Below are positions 17,414-26,279 of a stretch of DNA of 56,710 nt, piece by piece; the stretch's first letter is position 1, and each line of letters opens with the position of its first letter. This DNA is from Saprospiraceae bacterium (lineage in GTDB: Bacteria > Bacteroidota > Bacteroidia > Chitinophagales > Saprospiraceae). Position numbers and translations under genes: made by a program. Below the pieces are notes generated by a model. That model did no database searches. It was not told where the DNA came from and saw nothing but the letters and a program-made list of their open reading frames with translations. The DNA lies in NCBI GenBank assembly GCA_045106545.1, contig JBGCES010000055.1, forward strand, positions 1 to 56,710, written 5' to 3'.

Positions 17414-19015
17414 TTAGTCATTTTTCACATCCACTTCGATGCGCTTATCCCGATTAGCTAGTTCCCAAACCGTATGGAAAACCAGTTGACCAATCTTTTC
17501 CATTTTTTCAAAATTAATCTTCTCTACTGTATCGCTTGTCCGATGATAATCGGCATGCGTTCCATTAAAATAAAAAATAGAAGGAATGCCTCTTTCGGCA
17601 AAATTATAGTGATCCGAACGGTAGTAGTAACGATTGGGATCATCCTCAGCATTGTATTTATAATCCAATTCTAAGTTGGTATAAGTTGAATTTGCCGTTT
17701 CGTTAATTTCGTGCAATTCAGAACTCAAGCGATCTGAACCAATGACATAAATGTAATTTGGGTTATCTTCATGTTCTTTATCCACGCGTCCTACCATATC
17801 TACATTCACATCTGCAACCGTATTTTCTAATGGGAAAGTAGGATGATTGACATAATATTGAGAACCTAGCAATCCTTTTTCCTCCCCCGAAACGAGCATC
17901 GTTACAACGCTACGTCGCGGTCCATTTCCTGCTTTTTTTGCTTGCGCGAAGCCTTCTGCAACTTCCAAAACTGTGGAAGTGCCCGAACCATTATCATCTG
18001 CTCCATTGTAAATACTTTGTCCGCGCCGTCCTAGATGATCATAATGTGCGCTGACAATCACGATTTCATCTTTTAATTCAGGATCGCTACCTTCGATAAA
18101 ACCAAGTACATTAGAACCGATTAACTGACGAATACTTTTTTGTTGGGTAACCTGCAAATTAACGGGTAATTCGATTTGATATGCCTTTCCTTTCTTCTTT
18201 ATTTTATCACGCTTTTTGATAAACTTTTTGTACTTACCACCCACTAATTCTTTCGCTACGGTAGAAGAAATAAAAACGCTATTCGCATAATTTTCTTCGG
18301 GATTTTCCCCTTCGCCCATCGTCATACGCGGGCTAACAAGAAAGCGACGGTTTTCAGCAATGTTTTCTTTGATGTTTGGGTCAATAATCAAAACTGCTTT
18401 TGCTCCCTTTTGCTTTGCTGTGCGCACTTTTTTACGCCAATCGGAACTCCAGCTAGATAATTCAGTAGTTCCTGTGAGGTGAGAAATATCTTTTTTATCA
18501 GTTGGTTCGCCTGCGTAAATTAATAGCACTTTCCCTTTTACATCTACGTCTGCGTAATCGCTATACTGGATCGTATCAATCCCATATCCTAAAAATAAAA
18601 TCTCCTCCGTATTGATTTCCATTTCACTATTGGCAGAAGGAAAAGCATAAAAATCGACTAAGTTCTTATAATCTTGCCCATTAATATTCAAATCAAATCG
18701 ATTCCAACTTTCTGCTGTAAAAGCAATTTTTTGCTGATAGCCACCATCTACAATGGCGGGTAAACCTAAAAATTTGAAATATTCCTCTATGTATCGCGCT
18801 GCTTTTTCTTGCCCAGGTGTACCCGTTTCGCGTCCTTCAAATTCATCAGAAGCTAGGATCGTTAAGTGATTTCTTAAATCTTTTGCCGTAATACTTTTTG
18901 CATAAGGAACGGGACTCACTTTATCGTCATTGGCAATCTTAACAGTCGGTTGAGGTTGAGCAAACAAAGTAGTAGTCGCTATGAAGCAAAGGAATAACCC
19001 AAGCAAATTTTTCAT
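17414..19015 (-). CDS. M28-family aminopeptidase with PA domain
   Basis: 533-aa ORF with a signal peptide and M28 zinc-ligand motifs (SAHYDHLG, GADDNGSGTS, SGEEKGLLGSQ). Confidence 0.9.
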   Translation of the reverse strand: MKNLLGLFLCFIATTTLFAQPQPTVKIANDDKVSPVPYAKSITAKDLRNHLTILASDEFEGRETGTPGQEKAARYIEEYFKFLGLPAIVDGGYQQKIAFTAESWNRFDLNINGQDYKNLVDFYAFPSANSEMEINTEEILFLGYGIDTIQYSDYADVDVKGKVLLIYAGEPTDKKDISHLTGTTELSSWSSDWRKKVRTAKQKGAKAVLIIDPNIKENIAENRRFLVSPRMTMGEGENPEENYANSVFISSTVAKELVGGKYKKFIKKRDKIKKKGKAYQIELPVNLQVTQQKSIRQLIGSNVLGFIEGSDPELKDEIVIVSAHYDHLGRRGQSIYNGADDNGSGTSTVLEVAEGFAQAKKAGNGPRRSVVTMLVSGEEKGLLGSQYYVNHPTFPLENTVADVNVDMVGRVDKEHEDNPNYIYVIGSDRLSSELHEINETANSTYTNLELDYKYNAEDDPNRYYYRSDHYNFAERGIPSIFYFNGTHADYHRTSDTVEKINFEKMEKIGQLVFHTVWELANRDKRIEVDVKND

Positions 19016-19211
19016 AAAATATGAATTAAAAAGAAGTGATAACTGGTAGTTACGGCTTTAGCTTTTCTCGTCAAAGTCCTTTAGGAGAAAATTCATATTG
19101 AATCGCCGTAAACGGCTGTGACGGGAAAGGCTGAAGCCTTTACTACCATAAATGCAAAAATCACCGCAGTTTATGATTCTACGATGATTTTTGCTGATTT
19201 TTATTAAAAAA

Positions 19212-19655
19212 TTAAACGGCACAAGCAATTTTATCGACTCGCCGTCCGTGTCGCCCGCCTTCAAATGCAGTTTTGATAAAAGTATCGACCATACCTAATG
19301 CGACGTGTTCTGAAACAAATCGCACAGGAATCGCGATAACATTTGCATTATTATGTAATCGGGCAAGCTCAGCGATTTCTTTCTGCCAGCACAATGCAGC
19401 GCGAATACCTTGATGCTTGTTTGCGGTCATCGCTACACCATTTCCGCTACCACAAAGCACAATTCCTAAATCTGCAATTCCGTCTTCCACTTGCGTCGCT
19501 ACGGGATGCACAAAATCAGGATAATCAACGGAATCAGGCGAGTTCGTACCAAAGTCATTCACTTCGATTCCTTCTTTTTTTAGTAATTTAATAATCGCAC
19601 TTTTATACGGATAACCTGCGTGGTCACAGCCGATAGCGATAGTGGAAATTTTCAT
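19212..19655 (-). CDS. rpiB: Ribose-5-phosphate isomerase B
   Basis: 147-aa ORF of the RpiB/LacA/LacB family (IAIGCDHAGY, CGSGNGVAMTANK). Confidence 0.93.
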   Translation of the reverse strand: MKISTIAIGCDHAGYPYKSAIIKLLKKEGIEVNDFGTNSPDSVDYPDFVHPVATQVEDGIADLGIVLCGSGNGVAMTANKHQGIRAALCWQKEIAELARLHNNANVIAIPVRFVSEHVALGMVDTFIKTAFEGGRHGRRVDKIACAV

Positions 19656-19669
19656 TTTCTGAAAAGATA

Positions 19670-19697
19670 TTAGACGTTAGAGGTTGGATGTTAGATA
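19670..19697. repeat. Tandem degenerate heptamer array (4 units)
   Basis: TTAGACG TTAGAGG TTGGATG TTAGATA in the rpiB upstream spacer. Confidence 0.55.
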
Positions 19698-19725
19698 GCT
19701 AAAGGAGTATAATTTGTACGCAGAG

Positions 19726-19760
19726 CAACTACAAACTACGAACTTAAAACTACCAACTAC
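19726..19760. repeat. Tandem degenerate heptamer array (5 units), overlapping the S8 peptidase stop codon
   Basis: CAACTAC AAACTAC GAACTTA AAACTAC CAACTAC. The stop codon TAG (19757-19759, minus strand) lies within the last unit. Confidence 0.7.
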
Positions 19761-21628
19761 TTTAGATCCGCTAAGTTACGTGGAAATCCGCGAATTCCCT
19801 GCTCACTTTCCATTCGTTTCATCAACTTCACTGCTTTGTCCCGATTGTTAAAATCACCTACGACCATTTTATAAACCGTTTTTCCATTAATTTCATTGAT
19901 ACTCACCAAAATCGACTCACCAAACATGCGCTCTAGTCGTTCGGTTTGAATTAAAACATTACCGTATTCGGCAAATGCACCAATTTGTACGCCCCAGCCT
20001 TTGTACGCTTGGCGTTTTACGCTAAAGCGAAATAAACCGCGTCCAGAAGCGATCGTATCTTCTACCTCTTTGGGTGGGTTCGCATTGCCATCTTTTAGGC
20101 GTAAAGCCTCCGCTACCGCCCGGTCTGCATTAACACGACCATAGCCATATTTAACAGAGTGCCCATTGATATATTCCGAAGGTGAGCCAATTTTATCTGC
20201 CGTTTTTTGTAAAATATCTTTGACTTGCTTCGCTGTCAAATCGGGGTTAGCAGATAGCATCAAAGCACAAATTCCTGCTACTAACGGCGTTGAACTTGAA
20301 GTACCACCGAAGTGCTTATATTTATTTCCACGTGAGCGACCGTCGCGCCAATATTTATAATTTCCTGTTTCCCAACTTAAACCTGCATCCCACCAAGCAC
20401 GTGCTGCCGTAATGGGCCAGTCGCCATTGGAAGGTGCGCAAATACTCACTTCGCGACCGCGATTGGAATAAGTAGCGTGCTGATCTTTACTCGTTGAAGC
20501 TGCTACCGCAATTACATCAGGATGCGCCGCATAAAAGCTTACATAATCAAAATCATCATTACCAACGGCATATAAAACGATGCAGCCTTTGCCGCCGCGC
20601 CCTTTTTGTACAGCTTTAGCAATGGCTTTTTCTTTTAGTGGACTCAAGGAAAAATTCGGGTCAGTCGTTCCCCAACTACAACTGATAATGTCTGCACCAT
20701 TGGTGATACAATAATCAAACATTTGCTCCGTCGCACGCAAACTGTAAGACGTTCCTGAAACAGGCATAAATTTCGCATTGGGCGCTGCGCCAACAATACC
20801 GTTGCTATTTGCTGCGGCTAATGCTACACTGGCACAGGGCGTACCATGCGTGTAAGTTGGATCGCCTGCCGATACGTCACTAGAGCCATTCCACAAATCA
20901 AAGGGGCGATATACTTTATCTTTTAAATCAGGATGTGTTAGGTCAAATCCATTATCGACAACCGCAATAACCACATCCTTTGATCCCGCATTTCCCAAGC
21001 GATTCCAGGCGTTAATAATTTTGGCATCTGCGCCTTTTTTCAAGCGCCAATTTGAATCTACAATAAAACCTTGATTGCGTAAATGCCATTGGTGTTCCAG
21101 TAAATTATCCGTCGGGAGATTGAAATCGTATTCATCTACAAACGTATCCAAATCGGGTTCAGCAGAGCGAATGAGAGAGAATTTTTCTAATTGCGCCGCA
21201 ACCTTGATTGGATTAGAAGAACGCGGCGTTACCTTAGCTACAATCACTTCATCATCCCGTCTTTCGACTAAATCTAAATGAAACTCATCTAAGGCAATTT
21301 GCTGTTCTTCGTGGCTTACTCCTTCTTGGAAGACGATATAAATTTCACCAGTTGGAACCAGCGGGCGGTCACTACCATTGACATAATAAACGTGCGTTCC
21401 CACTTCTACTTCGTCCTTTTGCCTTACGTCATCTAGTTGATCGTCTAATGGCTTTTCAGCAGCAGTTAATTCAACTACATTGAAACCCCCAATATTTTTA
21501 TGAAACTGATGATCAACATAATCCTGATCTTCCGTATTGACAGATTCCTTTGTTTTCAATCCAACTAAATTTCTACTTTTTTCTAAGGTAAGTTTGCCTT
21601 TTCCGCTTTTGATGGTGAGTTTGCTCAT
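19757..21628 (-). CDS. S8 (subtilisin-family) serine peptidase with C-terminal SPOR domain
   Basis: 623-aa ORF with a D/H/S triad (VAVVDNGFD, HGTPCASVA, GGTSSSTPLVAG). The C-terminal ~75 aa are SPOR-like (GWGVQIGAF...YKMVVGDFNNRDKAVKLM). Confidence 0.9.
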   Translation of the reverse strand: MSKLTIKSGKGKLTLEKSRNLVGLKTKESVNTEDQDYVDHQFHKNIGGFNVVELTAAEKPLDDQLDDVRQKDEVEVGTHVYYVNGSDRPLVPTGEIYIVFQEGVSHEEQQIALDEFHLDLVERRDDEVIVAKVTPRSSNPIKVAAQLEKFSLIRSAEPDLDTFVDEYDFNLPTDNLLEHQWHLRNQGFIVDSNWRLKKGADAKIINAWNRLGNAGSKDVVIAVVDNGFDLTHPDLKDKVYRPFDLWNGSSDVSAGDPTYTHGTPCASVALAAANSNGIVGAAPNAKFMPVSGTSYSLRATEQMFDYCITNGADIISCSWGTTDPNFSLSPLKEKAIAKAVQKGRGGKGCIVLYAVGNDDFDYVSFYAAHPDVIAVAASTSKDQHATYSNRGREVSICAPSNGDWPITAARAWWDAGLSWETGNYKYWRDGRSRGNKYKHFGGTSSSTPLVAGICALMLSANPDLTAKQVKDILQKTADKIGSPSEYINGHSVKYGYGRVNADRAVAEALRLKDGNANPPKEVEDTIASGRGLFRFSVKRQAYKGWGVQIGAFAEYGNVLIQTERLERMFGESILVSINEINGKTVYKMVVGDFNNRDKAVKLMKRMESEQGIRGFPRNLADLK

Positions 21629-21645
21629 ATGAAGTGGTGTTTACT

Positions 21646-21710
21646 GGAGCACAGGTTTTTAACCTGTGGATTTTTTTTGTATATCTACACAGGTTAAAAG
21701 CCTGCGCTCC
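21646..21710. repeat. 23-bp inverted repeat with an embedded hairpin and T8 run between divergent genes
   Basis: GGAGCACAGGTTTTTAACCTGTG (21646-21668) against CACAGGTTAAAAGCCTGCGCTCC (21688-21710), matching 21/23. The left arm is itself a hairpin (CACAGGTT-TTT-AACCTGTG) followed by GATTTTTTTT. Confidence 0.6.
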
Positions 21711-21813
21711 AAATATGCTTGTATTGCTCCAATTTTCCAAATCGATTTTGCTAATTCGTTGATTTTCAACGTAATTTGGCGCAACCTTTGGAATTAAATT
21801 AATAAAAAATATC

Positions 21814-22704
21814 ATGCGATTACTCTTCCTCCTACTAACGTTCAGTCTCGCAACGAATTGTTCTACTCCTAAACGTATGCAAGATGCAGAACAATTACTT
21901 TTTGAGCAAGAGACCAAACGTTGGCAAGAACAACGATTAGCTAATTTGCTAAAACCCAATAGTTGGCTAGATGTGGTCGGTTTGCATTGGTTAGCTGAAG
22001 GAGAAAATAGTTTCGGTAGTAGCCGCGATAATGCACATCGCTTTCCCAAAACTGCGCCCAATTGGATTGGAACTTACGTTAAAAGTAATGATGATATTTC
22101 ATTAAAAATTAACCCAGAAATTACTGTCAGGTGGAAAGATTCTTCAATTACAGAACTGCAAATTATTCCTGCACCAAATGATGAAGTTGTCATTTTAGAA
22201 AACGAAACCTTTAGCTGGTTCTTGATTCAACGCAATGATAAATATGGTATTCGGGTACGCAATACAGATAGTGCCGCAAGAAAGCGATTTGATCATTTAG
22301 ATTATTATCCAACAGATATAAAATGGAAAGTGGAAGCAGATTTCATTCCTTATGCGGATAAAAAAATCGCAATAAAAAATGCAGTCGGAATGGAAAGTGA
22401 TTTAGTAACAGCGGGTCAGTTAATATTTAAAATTAACGGTAAAGAACAATCACTAGATGTTTTGGATGGCGGCGAAAATTTATTCTTTTTAATCCTTGCC
22501 GATGCTACAACGGGCGAAACAACCTACGGTGGCGGACGCTATTTATACGTTAAACGCCCTGACAAAAACGGAAAAGTAATGATTGATTTTAATCGCGCGT
22601 ACAATCCGCCTTGCGTATTTACTGATTATGCAACTTGTCCACTACCGCCGCTGCAAAACTATCTTGAAGTGGCGATTACAGCGGGAGAAAAGAGTAACCA
22701 TTAA
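21814..22704 (+). CDS. DUF1684-family protein
   Basis: 296-aa ORF with a lipoprotein-like N-terminus. The C-terminal region (GGGRYLY...FNRAYNPPCVFTDYATCPLPP) matches DUF1684 as I remember that family. Confidence 0.8.
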   Translation: MRLLFLLLTFSLATNCSTPKRMQDAEQLLFEQETKRWQEQRLANLLKPNSWLDVVGLHWLAEGENSFGSSRDNAHRFPKTAPNWIGTYVKSNDDISLKINPEITVRWKDSSITELQIIPAPNDEVVILENETFSWFLIQRNDKYGIRVRNTDSAARKRFDHLDYYPTDIKWKVEADFIPYADKKIAIKNAVGMESDLVTAGQLIFKINGKEQSLDVLDGGENLFFLILADATTGETTYGGGRYLYVKRPDKNGKVMIDFNRAYNPPCVFTDYATCPLPPLQNYLEVAITAGEKSNH

Positions 22705-22713
22705 TTTAAAGGT

Positions 22714-22741
22714 GAACGGTAGAAGGTGGACGGTGGACGGC
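22714..22741. repeat. Tandem degenerate heptamer array (4 units)
   Basis: GAACGGT AGAAGGT GGACGGT GGACGGC. This is the reverse complement of the word used at 11904-11938, and the flanking ATGTGCG motif is shared. Confidence 0.6.
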
Positions 22742-22842
22742 ACTATTTACGCACATTTTTCTTATCGTTTTATTAAATACTTACCATTGCATGCAACATT
22801 TCAAATAACAGAAATCGTTAAAATGGAAAACAAGAAATTACA

Positions 22843-24156
22843 ATGACGAAAAACTTACTACTGCTATTACTTTTATGGTCTTTTACATTATCAGCACAAC
22901 AAGAAATCGGGTTACATTTCAATCGCGATTTATGGCAATCTAATCGTACTAATCCCGCTTTTACCACCAATCAGCAATTAACCGTTACACTGCCGAGTTT
23001 GTATTTTAATACAGAAACGGAAAATTTCGCCTTTAGCGATTTATTGAGCGAAAATGAAAGCGGCGAAACGATTCTTAATATCAATCAAATCATTGGGCAA
23101 CTCGCTGACCGTAATGAGCTAAGCGAAAATTTACAAATTCAAACACTCGGAATTGCTTATCAACTCGGTAAACTTACTTTGAGCGTTGACCATTCTATCC
23201 GTCAAAACGCAACTTTCGATTACCCTAAAACATTACCGCAACTGATTTGGCAGGGCAACGCGCAATTTATTGGCGAAACCGTTGATTTGACGCATCAATT
23301 GAATCTGACGGCGTATCATGAATTTGCGCTCGGTGGCGCATTTCAAGTAACGGAACAATTGAGCGTCGGTGCACGCGCGAAGCTGTTGAGCGGAATAGGT
23401 AATATTTCGACTGAACGGGGAGATTTGACATTGACAACTTCTGATGATGTTTATCAACTAACTTTAGCGGGTGATTATTTAATTAACTCGGCGGGTTACT
23501 TTGACTTCGGTGGCTTTTCAGATTTTAATTTAGATTTTGACCTGAGTGGATTAGGTAGCGGTGAGTTTTTGAGCAGTAATACTGGATTAGCCTTCGATTT
23601 TGGGGCAGAATTGCAGTTAGAAAAATTGACGATAGCGGTAAGTATCGTTGATTTGGGTTCTATTAACTGGAGCGATAATGTGAATAATTATGGCTTTAAT
23701 CAAACCGTCGAATATACGGGTTTAGATGTAGCGCAAGCGTACGTGGAAGGGGATATTAGCTTAACTTCTGCACTCGATACGCTCGACCAAATTTTTAATC
23801 CAACGGAAACGCAGGTGACGTATTCAACTACTTTACCAAGTCGTTTTTATTTGAGTGGAACGTACGAAATCAACGAAAAATTAACGGCAGGCGCGTTGTT
23901 TAACGGCTTGATGTACAACGAGCAGTTGACACCGACCGTAGCAGCAAGTTTACGGTATCGCTTGAATGATAATTTAAGTGTAGGTGGAACTTATGCAGTG
24001 ATTGACGAGACGTATGCGAACGTTGGTTTGAATGTAAATGCGCAATTGGGTTTTGTACAATTTTATGCGCTGACGGATAATGTAGTTGGCTTATTGAATT
24101 CAGATTATAATAATGCGAATGCGCGGATTGGTTTGAATTTACAATTCGGTAATTAA
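22843..24156 (+). CDS. Secreted hypothetical protein, probable outer-membrane beta-barrel
   Basis: 437-aa ORF with a signal peptide (LLLLWSFTLSAQQ). The alternating-strand composition and the C-terminal ...IGLNLQFGN are typical of OM barrels. Family assignment is uncertain. Confidence 0.65.
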   Translation: MTKNLLLLLLLWSFTLSAQQEIGLHFNRDLWQSNRTNPAFTTNQQLTVTLPSLYFNTETENFAFSDLLSENESGETILNINQIIGQLADRNELSENLQIQTLGIAYQLGKLTLSVDHSIRQNATFDYPKTLPQLIWQGNAQFIGETVDLTHQLNLTAYHEFALGGAFQVTEQLSVGARAKLLSGIGNISTERGDLTLTTSDDVYQLTLAGDYLINSAGYFDFGGFSDFNLDFDLSGLGSGEFLSSNTGLAFDFGAELQLEKLTIAVSIVDLGSINWSDNVNNYGFNQTVEYTGLDVAQAYVEGDISLTSALDTLDQIFNPTETQVTYSTTLPSRFYLSGTYEINEKLTAGALFNGLMYNEQLTPTVAASLRYRLNDNLSVGGTYAVIDETYANVGLNVNAQLGFVQFYALTDNVVGLLNSDYNNANARIGLNLQFGN

Positions 24157-24167
24157 GGTCTTATAAC

Positions 24168-24224
24168 GTTTTTTTTGACGCAGATTAGTTATGATTTATA
24201 TGATTCAAGTAGGTCTTGAACGAC
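24168..24224. repeat. Intergenic repeat, family F3, copy a
   Basis: GTTTTTTTTGACGCAGAT...ATGATTCAAGTAGGTCTTGAACGAC. Related to 34874-34930 and placed in the same position just after a plus-strand gene. Confidence 0.55.
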
Positions 24225-24304
24225 ATAGAGCATACAAATTTTAACATAAGAATCAATCGACTAAATCGCTAATAATCATTAGACTTGTTCGTATCGAAAA
24301 CTAA

Positions 24305-25051
24305 TTATAATCCACCCGTTTTATGCAAGATCGGTAGCTGACTACTATAGGTTGTATTGATATTTTGTTCTGTAAAAATTTTGTCCGTATCACCCGCCGC
24401 TATGAGTCGCTGATTTAGTAAAATGACTTTATCAAAATAAGCATTTACGGTAGATAAATCGTGGTGAACGACGAGTAACGTTTTGCCTTGACGGGCTAAT
24501 TTTTTCAAAATTTCAATAATTCGCTCCTCCGTTTTCATATCTACACCCACGAAAGGTTCATCCAAAAATAATATATCTGCTTCTTGACATAATGCACGTG
24601 CAATAAAGACGCGTTGCTGTTGTCCGCCCGATAATTCGCCGATTTGTCGCTGTGCTAAATCTTCGATACCTACTTCCTGCAACGCTGCATGTACCAACTC
24701 CTTATCCTGCGTATTTAAGCGATTAAATAATTTTTTGTGCGGATAACGCCCCATTTCTACTATATCAAAAACAGTAGCGGGAAAATTCCAATCGACTTCA
24801 TTTTTTTGCGGAATATATGCTACTTCTTTGCGCTTCTCCGTGATGGGTTGATTCCCAAAACGCACTTTGCCTGCATTCATCTCGATCAATCCTAACATTG
24901 CCTTGAATAGCGTAGATTTACCCGCGCCGTTAGGACCAATTACGCCATAAATACCGCCTGCCTCAATTTCCAAATAAATATTAGTCAGTACCCGTTTACG
25001 TTCATACGAAACGGATAACCCTTCTACAGTAATGACGTTTTTATTATTCAT
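24305..25051 (-). CDS. Metal (Zn/Mn-type) ABC transporter ATP-binding protein
   Basis: 248-aa ORF with Walker A (GPNGAGKST), signature (LSGGQQQR) and Walker B (ILFLDEP) motifs, adjacent to a TroA/ZnuA-like binding protein gene. Confidence 0.9.
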   Translation of the reverse strand: MNNKNVITVEGLSVSYERKRVLTNIYLEIEAGGIYGVIGPNGAGKSTLFKAMLGLIEMNAGKVRFGNQPITEKRKEVAYIPQKNEVDWNFPATVFDIVEMGRYPHKKLFNRLNTQDKELVHAALQEVGIEDLAQRQIGELSGGQQQRVFIARALCQEADILFLDEPFVGVDMKTEERIIEILKKLARQGKTLLVVHHDLSTVNAYFDKVILLNQRLIAAGDTDKIFTEQNINTTYSSQLPILHKTGGL

Positions 25052-25082
25052 AATTTGAAAATTTACTCGTGTTAGGGGGAAA

Positions 25083-25196
25083 TGCGGAGTGGCGGAGGCG
25101 CGGAGATTTTTTCACTTTTAACGTGTACAAGCGAGCATCTTTTAGGGAACAGAGAATTTTTTCAGATGAAAAAAAATTAAGCGAAGATCGCAGAGA
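25083..25196. repeat. Intergenic repeat, family F2, copy c (between the binding-protein and ATPase genes)
   Basis: Octamer array GCGGAGTG GCGGAGGC GCGGAGAT (25084-25107) plus a TTTTTTCAGATGAAAAAAAA hairpin. Related to 11521-11612 and 17106-17337. Confidence 0.6.
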
Positions 25197-25220
25197 ATCG
25201 AACGGTTCTGATTTATATGA

Positions 25221-26213
25221 TTAAGCCATTTTGCGCGCTACAAATAAAAAGCCGCCAATTAATAATGCTCCTAAAACACCGTACAGTAGAATATTACTTT
25301 CCTCATCTTCCTTTTCTGCTATTTCCTTCCCTTTTTTCTCTTTTGTCAGTGCCGCCACGATGGTATTCGTATTGTATTTCAACATATCCAAATAAGTTGG
25401 CGCAGAACTATCTTTATCGCCGATGGAATCAGAATATAGTTTCCCGCCGATTTCAACGTCGTTGTCGGTTGCCAACTGCTGTAGCAATTTTGGGTTAACC
25501 GTCGTTTCGATAAAGACCGCAGGGATACCGCTTTCTTTAATAACTTTCGTCAAACGTTGAATGTCACTTACTTGCACTTCCGCGTCGGTCGAAGTGCCTA
25601 AGACTGCTTCTAAACGCAAGCCGTAGGCGCGTCCATAATATTGAAATGCATCATGCGAAGTGATGATAATTCTTCGTTCGGTAGGAATTTTAGCTATTTC
25701 TTTTTTAATAAATTGATTGACATCTTGGATCTGTTGACGGTAATAAGCATAGTTAAATTCGTACTTATCGGCATTGGCAGGATCGAGTTGCACGAGTGCA
25801 TCTTTGATATTTTTAATATAAATCAGTCCATTCTCCGCATTCATCCAAGCGTGCGGATCGGAGGAGTTTTCGTAAGTCAAACTTTCAATCGGTTGGATGC
25901 CTTCCGTAATCAATTTAACCTCCGCTTTCGTACCCGAATTTTCAATGAGTTCATTCAACCAGCCTTCAAAGGTTAGCCCGTTTTTTAATACTAAATCTGC
26001 ATCGGCAACCAATTTCGCATCAGCAGGAGTCGGTTCGTATAAATGCGGATCACCACCAATTGGGACGATGGTTTTCACTTCTAATAAATCACCCGCCAGG
26101 ACTTCTGCCATATCTGCAAAGATAGAAGCAGTCGAAACGACTGTCTTTTTTTCTTGCGCAAAAAGCGGTTGAATGAGTATAGAAAAAAGAAAAAGTAATA
26201 AGTAGTTTTTCAT
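25221..26213 (-). CDS. Metal ABC transporter substrate-binding protein (ZnuA/TroA-like) with a C-terminal hydrophobic tail
   Basis: 330-aa ORF with a signal peptide and a cluster A-I SBP pattern (GGDPHLYEP, DPHAW). There is an extra C-terminal acidic stretch plus a TM-like helix and basic tail (EKEDEESNILLYGVLGALLIGGFLFVARKMA). Confidence 0.88.
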   Translation of the reverse strand: MKNYLLLFLFSILIQPLFAQEKKTVVSTASIFADMAEVLAGDLLEVKTIVPIGGDPHLYEPTPADAKLVADADLVLKNGLTFEGWLNELIENSGTKAEVKLITEGIQPIESLTYENSSDPHAWMNAENGLIYIKNIKDALVQLDPANADKYEFNYAYYRQQIQDVNQFIKKEIAKIPTERRIIITSHDAFQYYGRAYGLRLEAVLGTSTDAEVQVSDIQRLTKVIKESGIPAVFIETTVNPKLLQQLATDNDVEIGGKLYSDSIGDKDSSAPTYLDMLKYNTNTIVAALTKEKKGKEIAEKEDEESNILLYGVLGALLIGGFLFVARKMA

Positions 26214-26226
26214 GTAGTGCTGTTTT

Positions 26227-26278
26227 AAAAAAAATCCGTGTAAATCAGTAAAATCCGTTGCATCAGTGTTCCTATTCT
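26227..26278. repeat. Half copy of repeat family R1 (inverted orientation)
   Basis: The reverse complement reads ATAGGAACACTGATGCAACGGATTTTACTGATTTACACGGATTTTTTT, which aligns with the left arm of 4806-4913. Confidence 0.5.
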
Positions 26279-26279
26279 A

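Noticed and set aside
21573-22061. A 162-aa minus-strand ORF spanning the divergent spacer and the start of the DUF1684 gene.
   Set aside because: It overlaps two better-supported genes and the inverted repeat. Its Cys/Ser/Arg-rich composition with no motif indicates it is most likely spurious.
4806-26278. Dispersed intergenic repeats considered as a possible CRISPR array or remnants.
   Set aside because: The copies are scattered singly between genes, are internally palindromic, and lack regular repeat-spacer periodicity. No cas genes are present.
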